A DNA stretch of 64,000 bases. Source: Octopus sinensis (taxonomy: Eukaryota). Made by a program: the position numbers and the translations under genes. Below are positions 39,680 through 52,756 of the stretch, piece by piece. Every line of letters starts with the position of its first letter. Position 1 is the first letter of the stretch. The notes under the pieces are model-generated. The model did not search any database, was not told the DNA's origin, and was given only the letters and a program-made list of their open reading frames with translations. The stretch covers positions 189,720,001 through 189,784,000 of the forward strand of contig NC_042997.1 in NCBI RefSeq assembly GCF_006345805.1. Direction: 5' to 3'.

Positions 39680-41675
39680 AGATGATTTTTAGAATGAGAA
39701 TATCTGAAATAAACTCGACTGCTCTCACGAACGAGAATACTAAAAATGAACACGACCACTCTCAAAAATTAAGTAAAAACATAAACCACAGAAACAAATA
39801 ATTTGATCAAGGCAGCAAGTATTACTGTAGCAGAAAATGTGGGTGTTGCTGTCAAGAAAAAGAAATATAATGGGAGTGACAAAAGAAAAGATCCATGGTG
39901 GAAAAGAAGAAAGCAGGCCTGGGTTAGTTATGCTCTCGAAGGACATATCTCTGTTAGACCGAAAAGAGAAGAGTGAGCTTAAAAGCGAAAAAAAATACAG
40001 AGCATTGAACAGGAAGTATGATATTGAAAGAAAGGGCCTGAAAGTGATAATGGAGGAACTAAAACAGTGCCTCGGTGCAAAAAAAAAAAAAATAAAGATC
40101 GTAAGATATGACCAAAGAATGAAAGGATACCAGCAGAATAGGTTATTCAGAGATCAGAAGAAATTCTACAAAGAAATAAATGGAGGATGTACGGATGAAA
40201 AGTTGGTACTAGATAACTTTGAAAGTCAAAGGTTTAGGAGTGACATCTGGAGCAAAGATAAGGAGCATAATAAGGATGCTGAATGGTTGCAAGAACTGAA
40301 ACAAACAGTAGCTTGTCATTTCAGTGAGGGAAGTGAAGGAAATCAGCAAATAAATGGGCAACTGAAAGGCACCGGGACCAGATGGAGTTCAAGGCTACTG
40401 GATCAAAAGATTTGGTGAATGTCATGCACAAATAGCTGCACAACTCAACAACCTTGTTAAATGCCGACCAAGTAACACCAAAGTGGTTGACAATGGGTAG
40501 GACAATGCTGTGCCTGAAAAACACGGAAAAAGGCAACACGGTTGACAATTACAGACCGATATTCTGCTTGCCACTGGAAAATGGAGGCGCGTGGCTTAAT
40601 AGTTAGGGTGTTAGACTCATGATTGTAAGCGTGTGGTTTCGATTCCTGGAGCGAGCGATGCGTTGTGTTCTTGAGCAAAACACTTCATTTCACGTTGCTC
40701 CGTCCACTTAGCTGCCAAAAATGAGTAATCATGCGACGGTTCAGCGTCCCGTCCAGGTGAGAGAATCTATACACCACCGAAACCGGGAAACGGGACCTTA
40801 TGAGCCTGGCATGGCTCCAGAAGGAAACACACTTATGTGGAAATTATTGACTGGAATAGTCGTAGAGTGAATGTACGGACATCTGGAGAAAATGGAATCC
40901 TGCCACATGAGTGCAGAGGTACCAAGGATCAACTCCTTGCAGACAAAACTATTGTAATTAGAGACTGGAAGGCGAAGAAAACTAACTTAACCACGTCATG
41001 GATCGATTATTACAAGGCATACGATATGATCACACATTTTTGGATCATGGAATGTCTGAACCTATTTGGTATTGCATCGAATGTTGAGCGATTGCTTGAA
41101 AAAAGTATGGCGAAGTGGAGCACGGAACTGACAGCATATGGAAGAAGTTTAGGGACAATAGAAATCAGGAGAGACATTTTCCAAGGGGACTGCTTATTCC
41201 CACTGATCTTTGTACTGTGCATGATACCACTAGCACTGGTTCCAAGGAAAGCAAAGGATGGTTATGTATTCAAAAGCCGCCAACAAAAAGTCAACCATTT
41301 GTTATTCATGGATGACCTCAAACTTTATGGTAAAGATAAATCCTAAGTCAGTTTCTTCGTTGATACGGTGTATACTTTCAATGCTGATGTCAGAATGGAG
41401 TTCGGACTGAAAAAGTGTGGTGTGTTAGATTTGAAGAGAGGCAAAATTAAATGTATGGACGGGATAGCGATACCGTCGTGGGAGGTTATGTAGCAAATAA
41501 TACTATAAGTACTCGGGGATATTGGAAATGGATAAATTGATAGAGAAAGAAACGACAGAAAGTTTTAAGGTGGAGTACTTGCGCAGACTGAGACTGATCC
41601 TTAAGTCGATATTAAACGAACGAAATAAGATTTAAGCTATCAACACCTGGGCGGTTTCCTCTATGTGGTCCTTGG
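39680..41675 (+). mobile_element. Degenerate R4/Dong-clade non-LTR retrotransposon (RT), interrupted by a SINE
   Basis: PWWKRR, QNRLF..QKKFY, GTKDQLL, WIDY.KAYD, FQGD..FPL.F, HLLFMDDLKLY, MEFGLKKC, NKI.AINTWAV; several stops and frameshifts; starts just after (AAT)n. Confidence 0.9.
40586..40832 (+). mobile_element. SINE family C nested in the R4 RT
   Basis: ggcgcgtggcttaatagttag head, ggtttcgattcc B box, ttgtgttcttgagcaaaacactt CORE-like block; splits the RT motif ..CLP|LMWKLL. Confidence 0.85.
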
Positions 41676-42168
41676 TCTGTTCGAAATGAGAGCAAAAATA
41701 TTCTTGAAATCACCCCCACATTGTCTTGAAAATAAAATAAAATGAGACTTAAAAAAGGCGCAAGATAGCCGTCTGCTTGAACAATGTTTATCAGGGACTC
41801 CTCTTCTTGCTCTCCTGTTCCGCTTCTTCCTTCTTTCCACCTGTTCATGCTCCCTTCCTCCTTCCTTCCACCCATCCTCCCTTACTCCCCTTTCTCTCCT
41901 TCCCCTTCTCTTACCTTCCTTCCTTCTCCTCTTCCTCACTATTAACATCATCGCGGACGTCACGCGACCGCAGCTGCCACCCTGATTATCGTTGTTATCA
42001 TCATCATTACCATCATCATATGATCATAGTCATGATCAGCATTAACAACACCCTCATTACTATGACTTTCTCTAATGCTACCGATTGTCGTCGTCCTCCT
42101 CGTCCTTCTCGTCCTCCTCCTAGTCCTCCCCTCCTCCTCCTAGTCCTCCTCGTCACGACGACGACGAC

Positions 42169-42208
<40 letters not shown>

Positions 42209-42697
42209 GTCGTCGTCGTCATGTATCTTTATACATTCCTCCGCCACCCAATTATCCATCATGCTACTTCCCTTATTCCTGTCTTTGATCTTTCTGAATT
42301 TCTCGCCTCAATTTGTCCACCGAAAACAATTTGAAGTTAATATCTTACTGGTAAATGTGAAATGGCAGCAACATATGATAAACGACTGTCTTCATGGAGA
42401 CCCTGCCTAAAGTTAGCGTGAAAATTAGTCAAAGGCGGCTGCGAACTATCCGGTCACTGCGTGCACCATTCTCTGAAATGGAAGCGTCCAAATTAGTCTT
42501 GCGGAACTCACATTATCGTGATGTAAGAAGAGGGAAAAAATTGTCACTCTTACATCGACACCTTGATCGCAGTGACTGGCCTGGAATGTATCCTGGGCCT
42601 TAAGGCAGTGATGGTGGACTGAGAAGTGTGGCGGATGGACTTAGTTGCTGCAGCCCGAATTGGAACCCTGTCATAATAAAAAGAGAAAACTGTAGGC

Positions 42698-43628
42698 CAG
42701 GGGTGGGCGAACTTTTTTGATCGCGGGCCGCACAGTGCGCCTTTGGAACCTTGGCGGGCCTCATTTATAAAAATCAAGTGAAAATATTTTTAAAGGCCGT
42801 TATATACCTATAAACACACAATTGATTGAAAGGAAATTTTGTGAAATATTCCTGGTTTAAGTGATTTAATTTATATTTTAGAGTATCGGGTTCATGTTTT
42901 TCGGTTATTTGCTCCTATAGTTGAAATTATTACAGGAACCTCGGTTATTTTGGACAGCCTGTTATTGCTTACAAATTGCCAGGAACGGAATTTTCCAAGT
43001 AAAATCTGCACTAATTGTGGACAACCACCTCTTAATATTATGGACAACCATGATGAATATTATACTTAAATTCTAGGATACCCAAAATAAAAGATTTTAA
43101 AGAGAAATAACAGTTTATTAATATGAATTGATATCTGAAATTAGAAACGTCACCTGAAGCATTTATTTGAAAAACAAAGCGACTCTGTAAATAACAATGT
43201 CAATGAGAATGATGCAGCTGTCTACTGTCATTTACCAGTTTGTCAAAATTAGGTGTCAAGTTGCTTGTGCTGATTCTTAACACTGACTGAAGATTTGAGT
43301 CTGTGAGAAGTGATCGATTCTTCCCCTTGTTAATTTTCATGATGGAGAAAGTCTGCTCACATATGTAAGTTGATGCAAACAACACAAACATCTTTCTTGC
43401 ACAATGTGTTTTATTATGATGTCATGGGAATATTTCTCGAAATTTTTCATCGTTTCACAGTAGCTGAAACAAACAAACAGCGGACAATTTTGTGAAGGCG
43501 CGAAACAGGGAACTGAAATAAAATGCAAACTATTGTGAATTACCATACAACTGAAACAGTTACGAAGTATCTGCATAGAAGTTGGGATTCATAGAAGCTC
43601 TCGGCGGGCCGTAGTTTGCCCACCCCTG
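42698..43628 (-). mobile_element. Internally deleted hAT transposon, Buster/SPIN-like
   Basis: TIRs CAGGGGTGGGCGAACT / AGTTTGCCCACCCCTG; perfect 8-bp TSD CTGTAGGC (central TA, Buster signature); transposase dimerisation-domain relic FASTYICEQTFSIMK...RSLLTD at 43200-43391. Confidence 0.93.
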
Positions 43629-43632
43629 CTGT

Positions 43633-44038
43633 AGGCGTAGGAGTGGCTGTGTGGTAAATAGCTTGCTTACCAGCCACATGGTTCCGGGTTCAGTCCCACT
43701 GCGTGGCACCTTAGGTAAGTGTCTTCTACAATAGCCTCGGGTCAACCAAAGCCTTGTGAGTGGATTTGGTAGACGGAAACTAAAAGAAGCCCGTCGTATA
43801 TATGTATTTGTATATATATATATGTGTGTCTGTGTTTGTCCCCCCCCCCCAACATCGCTTGACAACTGATGCTGGTGTGTTTACGTCCCCGTAACTTAGC
43901 GGTTCGGCAAAAAAGAGACCGATAAAATAAGTACTAGGCTTACAAAGAATAAGTCCTGGGGTCGATTTGATCGACTAAAGGCGGTGCTCCAGCATGGCTA
44001 CAGTCAAATGACTGAAACAAGTAAAAGAGTAAAGAGAG
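43633..44038 (+). mobile_element. SINE family A, full length
   Basis: Same blocks as 12621; its first bases lie within the hAT TSD. Confidence 0.92.
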
Positions 44039-44234
44039 AGTTTGCTTTTCTGACAGAATCCAGCATGTGCTTCTTATATTTTCATCACGAAGATAAGAAA
44101 CAAGTTTTCATTGAACCCATGGCGATTACCGACTGTCACTGTTGTCTCAGAATTATTATTTTTTTTATTTATACGCCCTTTTCAAGCCTAGCCAGGCTCA
44201 TGGGCCCGGTTTCCCGGTTTCTATGGCGATGACA

Positions 44235-44690
44235 GTCAGTTCAATTCAATTCAATTCAATTTTTATTGGCTCTAAAAGCAAAAGTAAGGCCATGTAGGGA
44301 GACAGGGAGTTATGTACAGGGAGCGTGGTCAAACAAAGAGTTCAGGCTATTTCTGGTCAAGGGAGACTTTGAACCGAGCGGTCGTCGGCATCTTCCCTAT
44401 CTCGTCCGGTAGCTTATTCCACGGATCCGCAACCTGGACGGAGAAAGCCCCTCTCCTTCGACTGAGATGAAATCGTCATAGATAGAGCTTTTCGGAGTGA
44501 CCCCGCAGCCCACGCTCTGAAGCATGAGTGAAGAACAGCTCTTTCGTGAGGTTACACTTTCCGCTTATGATGTTGTGAGCGAGAATGAGATCACCACGGC
44601 GTCGTCGTTTTTCGAGAGAATAAAGGTCGAGCGTCTTCAGCCTTTCTTCATATAACAAATGCTTGAGACCAAGCATTGAGTCCATTGCAG
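44235..44690 (-). mobile_element. CR1-clade LINE 3' fragment, nested in a SINE C relic
   Basis: LLYEERLKTLDLYSLEKRRRRGDLI and WNKLP motifs; (ATTGA)n tail; flanked by SINE C pieces 44160-44228 and 44690-44720. Confidence 0.85.
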
Positions 44691-44984
44691 CGTTACTCAA
44701 AAAACAGGAAGAAAGAGTGTGCTTTTACTGTTTGCAAGGCAAGATGCATCAACAAAAATATAGAATGGCAATGAGTTCTCACTTAGCGACAACGTTTGCA
44801 AACTTACACAGTGGAAAACAAAATGGTACCTAAGCGTGTGTATATGATGTACACCAAAAGTGTCGGGGATATACGTAGGGGGAACATTGGGAATAGTCAG
44901 TATACTAAGGAATGACTAAGACAACAAACCTGAACTAAAATTCAACATCCGAAACACAAACAGTATACACATAGCTCTTTATTT

Positions 44985-45447
44985 TTTTTTATGTGCCCTT
45001 TTCAAACCTAGCCAGGCTCATGGGCCTGGTTTCCCGGTTTCTATGGCGTATGTATTCCCCCCAGCTGGACGGAACGCCAGTTCATCGCAGCATTACTCAA
45101 GAAACAGGAAAAAAGAGTGAGAGAAAGTTGGGGCGAAAGAGTACAATAGGGGTCGCCGCCAGATGTTGCTACACATCGCTGGTCAAAATGCGCTTCGCAT
45201 TGTTTTAGCCTTCAAATGACGCCACCCTGCTGGCTAAGCGAGCAGGCAAACAGAAGAAAGAGTGAGAGAAAGTTGTAGCGAAAGAGTACAGCAGGGATCG
45301 CCACCCCCACCCCCTGCCGGAGCCTCGTGGAGCTTTAGGTGTTTTCACTCAATAAACAGACACACACAACGCCCGATCTGGGAATCGAAACCGCGATACT
45401 CCGACGACGTGTCCGCTGCCCTAACCACTGGGCCATTGCGCCTCCAC
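44985..45447 (-). mobile_element. SINE family C, full length
   Basis: On minus: ggcgcaatggcccagtggttaggg head, ggtttcgattccc B box, tail gcccatgagcctggctagg.ttgaaaagggc plus A-run. Confidence 0.85.
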
Positions 45448-45844
45448 CTCTCTGAATTATAGTGATTATATTTGTTTATTTCACCAGATCTTCTTCGACT
45501 CCAGAATCATTGGGCGCTTATTTTGTTCTAATTTGCTTATAATAATTATTTGACACACATCGTAAAAAAGCCGACGTAAATTTACCAAACTTTCATCATG
45601 TCCACCACCTCAATTTGAACGAACAGCAATGGCAAATAGATTTAGATTGCCTGTAAATTCGAATTCTATGATTGATATAACAATTTTGTGGTACACAGGT
45701 GTATAATAAATCCTCTTCTAGAATGGCAATGTGCAATAAATTTACCTCTCTAGCATCGTTATGCGCTAAATCGACACTTAAAGCAACGAACTTCTATAAA
45801 TCTACAACTATAATAAAAGTGTACGTACATCTATGTCTCTATCA

Positions 45845-46072
<228 letters not shown>

Positions 46073-47054
46073 TCTATGTAAATTTCTCTTCTAAATTGGT
46101 GTTTGTAAATGTTTTATATCATTTCTATTTAAATTCTTAATCGTTAATGTATAATTATTCTTACTCTTGCCGTTAAATTTCATCATAGACACCCAGTCTA
46201 AGTGTAATATCTATGTCAGGCAGTACAATATCTTATCTTCCGGTGGTTAAGTGACTACGAAATTATCTCTTATCCTCATGTGATGAAGAATGAAATAGAA
46301 ATGTTTATGCTAGTAAATTATTTGTATACCCGTATACCCATATTTGATTACATCGAGTATCACTGGACAGCCTGTTCTTCAGCCGCAGTTAAATGCAATC
46401 GATGCCGCATTTATTAATATATATTAGTGAAACATTGATCTCAGGGCGGTTTTCTTCTTGTTTATAGAATATACACATTTATATAGGTACACGCATACTT
46501 ACACACACACACATTTAATACATACATGATGTTTGTCTCATCATGTCAGATGAAAGCCGTCATATATTCAACCTGATTCTTCTGATTTATCTTCATCCTT
46601 GTATGTCTGCTGATGGCTTTTCACAAAACGCGTCCATCGCTATAGGTCTTTATAAAATACAAAACGGGTCAAGAAATGAAACGATAATGTGACACTTGTA
46701 CGGCACTGGATTTAAGTGACAAACATGTACAAAATTTTTGCCACAGTCTCGGTGGCCATAGTAGATGCCATGACAAGAATTGACTAGTACCATTTTTGCT
46801 GCGAGTTTTGTGTCAGGATATTTTCTTCTTCTGGAAGAGCTGCCTACCCACGGCTTTGTCAGAAATAATTGAAGCCTCTTCAATCCCTGCGAAATTTAGT
46901 TAATCCACAGATGGGGCTCTGACAGATATCACCGTTCAGGTTCAGAAAGAATAGGGGTATAATGGTAACTTAGAGGTGACTCTATATTCGCACAACATCA
47001 GAACTCCTTAACTGGAGCCTCACAGCTGGATGCAGCTTGATGTCACACTCTGGA

Positions 47055-47111
47055 CATACATACATACATACATACATACATACATACATACATGCATACA
47101 TACACACACAC

Positions 47112-47144
<33 letters not shown>

Positions 47145-47420
47145 AACATACATACATACATACATACATACATACATACATACATGCATGCATGCATACA
47201 TACATACATACATACATACATACATGCATGCATGCATACATACATACATACATACATACATACATACACACACACACATACATACATACATACATACATA
47301 CATACACACACACACAAACATACATACATACATACATACATACATACATACATACATACATACATGCATGCATGCATACATACATACATACATACATACA
47401 TACATACATACATGCATGCA

Positions 47421-47454
<34 letters not shown>

Positions 47455-47485
47455 CATACATACATACATACATACATACATACAC
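47055..47485. repeat. (TACA)n/(CA)n compound microsatellite
   Basis: Long acat run with catg and caca interruptions. Confidence 0.95.
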
Positions 47486-49572
47486 ACGAGTGAATGAATA
47501 ATAGAAAAAGTAGAACTCAACGCATTCGGTTGGAGTTTCATATATTTTAAATAACAACAGTTTGACTCAGCTCCAAATGTCTTAAATTTTTGTGAGCATG
47601 TAGGAAACATCAATTTCAAAAGATGCCAGGAGCAGTGTGAGAATTTTGAGAGAAACTCAAGATGGCTTCTAGGTTTTAGGTCTCTATTAGTCAGCTCAGA
47701 CCACGTGGTATTAATGCTATCAAAGAACCACAAGCTTATTTTTATTTTTAGTCCTCGAACAGGATATTGGCAGGGTGCCGGTCCCACTTTGGTTGCAGAC
47801 TGAAGCATAGTATATACAGCGACATCAGTTACTTGTATTGGGTACTGCACAATTGTGAGTTGGGGTGCTGGTGCAAGTCACTAAAGCTCAGTCCATCTTT
47901 TAATGTGGGTAATAATAGATTATCGGCAACAGCCTTTATAGTCTTTTCGTGGTAGCAACCAAATTTAAGTTATAACTGAAGTTGCCTGACCAACATAGGT
48001 GGGCGGTAATCTAAATACGCTGCCCTTGTGTGAGGGAGAGTTAGGTCTACGGTGGTATAACTGAGCACGCCACAGACACGTGTACCCCTAACGTAGTTCT
48101 TGGGGCGATTCAGCGTGACACAGAGTGTGACAAGGCTGGCTCTTTGAAGTAAAGGTACAAGAGAAACAAGAAGAAAGAGTGAGAGAAAGTTGTGGTGAAA
48201 GAGTACAGCAGGGTTCCCCACCACCCCCTGTTGGAGCCTTGTGAAGCTTAAAGTCTTTTCGCTCAATAAACATTAAATTGATTGGTGTTTGGTTTAGGCT
48301 ATTTCTAAAAGTAACATAAATAATATATAAACATATGCATATATACATACGTATATGTACATACCTACATCTATATGCATATATATGCATATATGGGTAC
48401 AGGACACCAAAAAAACGTTGAACACATTGAGAAACGAAAACATAAAAACAAAGACATAGAAACGAATTTTTTTCAAACAACGAAAAAAACAGAATACAAG
48501 ACATACAATACAAGAAATATTCCCCTCCTTCAGTTGTCCCTGTTTCGTCTACTCCGCGTTCGAAGGTACCGATTACTGCTTTGGCCAGGGTCAAAATACA
48601 GGTCTCTTGACATGTTTATCAAACCGTGACGCCTAAACTAAACATCAATCAAATTAAGAAATTTAGTAAAACCACACACTAATTGGTCAGAATACAGTTT
48701 GCAAAAATTAACATTCTGGAGCCTATACAAATGCATTTAAGACACTCTTTAGCCATCTCACTACAGCTGTAAATTGTAAAAGAGAACTGTCACCACTACT
48801 ATATGAACCTGAAGATTGCATACTTTAACGTATGAAAGTACTACTTCAATCAGAATGGACATTCAATATTCTATCATTTCATTATATTATATTATATTAT
48901 ATGATTGCAAAGAAAACGTGAAAATTAAAGTTGGAACTTCTTTAGAAGCATTGGTTATAGAACAAATATTAAATTTGTGTCAGCGACTTTATATACAACA
49001 CCACCCCTCAAACATTTAATCATATGTAAAAATCATCTATAAAAATCACCATGGTTCCCAAACACATAAAAAATAATACATATACATAAAATCACAGAAG
49101 GTAAAAATATATGTAATCGAATAAAATACAAAGAGAACAGACTATCAAAAAGTTAAATATAAACGGCTAAAAATTCAAAAAACCTAATAGACAAATCTAA
49201 AATAAATAAGATAAATGTCCACTGACTAAAAAAGTTTTATCAGACGATTAAAAAATTAAAAAAAGTTTTTTAAATATTGAAAAAAAAATATTTGAAAAAT
49301 ATTAGAAAAACATCATTTTTTATTTCCTTCATACAAGTACGTCTAAAATTCGTAAGTAAACAGACTTCCACAGGTCAAATTCACATACATCTTGAAATAA
49401 GTCTTTTACTCCCCTCACACAAGTACGTCCAAATGTTCATAATAAACAGATTCCACACGTCAAATTCAACATTCACAAATATCTATGGCCTTTATTTACA
49501 CTAAAGTGCATCACGGCGATGATTCCGCCTCTAAACACTTTTGTTCTATAAAAAGATATAAATATTATTTCC

Positions 49573-49645
<73 letters not shown>

Positions 49646-49871
49646 ACAAATTGAATTTATTTCAATTGAATTTAAACTTAATTGTAATTCGAATTTAATT
49701 GTAGCATGAAACGTAGTATTTTTTTCTTACTTATATATTGATCATTCATTTTTATACTTTTTGAGATCTAGTTATATGTTTTATAATAATATATATTATT
49801 TGTTATTTATGTTTTCATTTATGTCTATCACTGTTTGAGTTGTATAATATGGGTTTTATCTCTAATTTATA

Positions 49872-49913
<42 letters not shown>

Positions 49914-50191
49914 CCTATTATGGCCATCTCTTATATGTTTGAATGTATATTATATAGTCTATTGATTATATTTTCTTTCTCACTTGACCGCTGGTAGCGG
50001 AGAATTTTTCTAGAATTTTTTGCTACCCTAAAATTTATTAATTGATGATTTTTGGGCTAATTTTGAAATTAAATCGGCAGTTTATATTTACAGCTGAGTA
50101 AACCGCGCGAATGCGGTGGATTTTGAAAATTTATAGCATATAGACTCGAGGCATGCTTGCTACCGCCTCGTGAATATATGGTAGTCTTTGG

Positions 50192-50277
50192 CTTTTCTGC
50201 TGACGAGGCAACGCCAGTGGTAAATAAATTAATTTTATTTACGAAAGTTTGCCGAAACTATGCATAGTCCAGAAAGG
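50192..50277 (+). ncRNA. Type I hammerhead ribozyme, unit 1
   Basis: CUUUUCUG-CUGACGA-GGCAA...UUGCC-GAAA-CUAUGCAUAG-UC^CAGAAAGG. Helix I 8 bp, helix II 5 bp plus AU-rich hairpin, 12-nt palindromic helix III ACUAUGCAUAGU; cleavage predicted after 50269. Confidence 0.92.
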
Positions 50278-50400
50278 AGAGGGTAAACGTTTTTATTTCT
50301 CTTTCCATTTCAGAATTACAACTATTAGTGGTTTGGAGTTTAGCTGCTCTTTCTAGTGAGTCGGATGTCCTATTATGGCTATCCCTTATATGTTTGAATA

Positions 50401-50441
<41 letters not shown>

Positions 50442-50719
50442 CCTATTATGGCCATCTCTTATATGTTTGAATGTATATTATATAGTCTATTGATTATATT
50501 TTCTTTCTCACTTGACCGCTGGTAGCGGAGAATTTTTCTAGAATTTTTTGCTACCCTAAAATTTATTAATTAATGATTTTTTGGCTAATTTTGAAATTAA
50601 ATCGGCAATTTATATTTACTGCTGAGAAAACCGCGCGAATGCGGTGAATTTTGAAAATTTATAGCATATAGACTCGAGGCATGCTTGTTACCGCCTCGTG
50701 AATATATGGTAGTCCTTGG

Positions 50720-50805
50720 CTTTTCTGCTGACGAGGCAACGCCAGTGATAAATAAATAAATTTTATTTACAAAAGATGGTCGAAACTATGCATAGTCCAG
50801 AAAGG
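50720..50805 (+). ncRNA. Type I hammerhead ribozyme, unit 2 (weakened helix II)
   Basis: Core, helix I and helix III identical to unit 1; helix II 3' strand is AUGGUC instead of UUUGCC; cleavage predicted after 50797. Confidence 0.8.
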
Positions 50806-50921
50806 AGAGGGTAAACGTTTTTATTTCTTTTTCCATTTCAGAATTACAACTATTAGTGGTTTGGAGTCTAGCTGCTCTTTCTAGTGAGTCGGATGTCCTA
50901 TTATAGCTATCCCTTATATGT

Positions 50922-50969
<48 letters not shown>

Positions 50970-51247
50970 CCTATTATGGCCATCTCTTATATGTTTGAAT
51001 GTATATTATATAGTCTATTGATTATATTTTCTCTCTCACTTGACCGCTGGTAGCGGAGAATTTTTCTAGAATTTTTTGCTACCCTAAAATTTATTAATTG
51101 ATGATTTTTGGGCTAATTTTGAAATTAAATCGGCAGTTTATATTTACAGCTGAGTAAACCGCGCGAATGCGGTGGATTTTGAAAATTTATAGCATATAGA
51201 CTCGAGGCATGCTTGCTACCGCCTCGTGAATATATGGTAGTCTTTGG

Positions 51248-51333
51248 CTTTTCTGCTGACGAGGCAACGCCAGTGGTAAATAAATTAATTTTATTTACGA
51301 AAGTTTGCCGAAACTATGCATAGTCCAGAAAGG
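51248..51333 (+). ncRNA. Type I hammerhead ribozyme, unit 3
   Basis: Identical to unit 1; cleavage predicted after 51325. Confidence 0.92.
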
Positions 51334-51449
51334 AGAGGGTAAACGTTTTTATTTCTCTTTCCATTTCAGAATTACAACTATTAGTGGTTTGGAGTTTAGC
51401 TGCTCTTTCTAGTGAGTCGGATGTCCTATTATGGCTATCCCTTATATGT

Positions 51450-51485
<36 letters not shown>

Positions 51486-51548
51486 ATATTTCGGAATGGT
51501 CATATTGCCAGTTTAGCCAATAAATCTTGCACAACAAATATTTAAACG

Positions 51549-51638
<90 letters not shown>

Positions 51639-51644
51639 TATAGA

Positions 51645-52445
51645 ATGCTTCCAGTTGTTCTTCCAGAATTTCTAAACTTCCTTTATGTTTAGTGGTTTCT
51701 TTACTTTTATTTGCTGCTTCCCTTATTCTCTGCACTTTCTCTGATGCTCTGAAGAACTTGTTTGTTTCCGTCTGGAAAACGTTGTTTTGTTTAAAACCTA
51801 TTTCTCTCATCAAATGTTCCAATCTGTCACACTTTCACTTTCACATACGTTGATTCAAGCTCTCCCTGATGGCAAGGAGTGCTTCTTTGTTTGTAGTTTT
51901 ATATTCTCTCTTTATTTTCTTACTTTCTTTTGTCATAACATTCACACCTCTTGATAATTCATTAACAACTGAGAATACTCCTCTTAGACATTCTACATCC
52001 TTCTGTGTCTTAACTTTCAACTAAGGTCGTTGACTGACACATTTACTTTCTGTTTCTTCGTTTTAAGATTCATACGGGTTCTAAGAGCATTTGCCGTTGA
52101 ATACGCAAGGTTTTATATATATTTGTACGGTCCTTGCCATTGCCTTGTCATTTGTAAGGCCCTTGTCCTTTCGTTGCCGAGATGCATACTTCTATTTTGT
52201 AAGAGTTTTTCTATTTTCGAATTTTGGGAAATAAATCCCTATTTTTTATGTCCGTACGTAAGGTCTTACCTATTTCTTTCCCAATATCTTCTTTAGCTTC
52301 AGCAATTTCTTCAAGGAGCAGCTAGTCATCTTCCTCTTCATCAAAGTTTAACGCTTCATTATTGTCTTGTGGCAGTCGCTCATCATTGCAGATCTCTTTT
52401 ATTTGTGGTGCAATTTCTTTTTAGCTCATGTTGTGAATAGTAATA
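51645..52445 (-). mobile_element. R4/Dong-type ORF fragment (region upstream of RT), second subfamily
   Basis: With frameshifts reads AIRESLNQR...KQNNVFQTETNKFF...EV*KFWKNNW, paralleling QNRLF..QKKFY...FRSDIW of 39837-40418. Confidence 0.6.
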
Positions 52446-52447
52446 AC

Positions 52448-52702
52448 AGGCGTAGAAGTGGCTGTGTGGTACGTAGCTTGCTTACCAACCACATGGTCTC
52501 GGGTTCAGTCCCACTGCGTGGCACCTTGGCACATTGGGCAAGTGTCTTCTACTATAGCCTCGAGCCGACTAAAGCCTTGTGAGTGGATTTGGTAGACGGA
52601 AACTGAAAGAAGCCTGTCGTATATATATATATATACATATATATATACATATACATATATATCTATATATCTATCTATATATATATATATAATATATATA
52701 TA

Positions 52703-52756
<54 letters not shown>

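Larger units (their letters stand above)
49911..51455 (+). repeat. Tandem array of three 528-bp hammerhead-bearing units (retrozyme-like)
   Basis: Units start tgtcctattatggccatc at 49911, 50439 and 50967 (exact 528-bp period), separated by (TA)n. Confidence 0.95.

Noticed and set aside
47560-48130. Possible gypsy gag or LTR relic on the minus strand
   Set aside because: Only a faint LWF motif and a PBS-like TGG; no paired LTR, TSD or pol motifs.
48600-49560. Degenerate Penelope RT/GIY-YIG body upstream of the hammerhead array
   Set aside because: I could not find convincing RT or GIY-YIG motifs by eye; TBLASTN or an HMM search would be needed.
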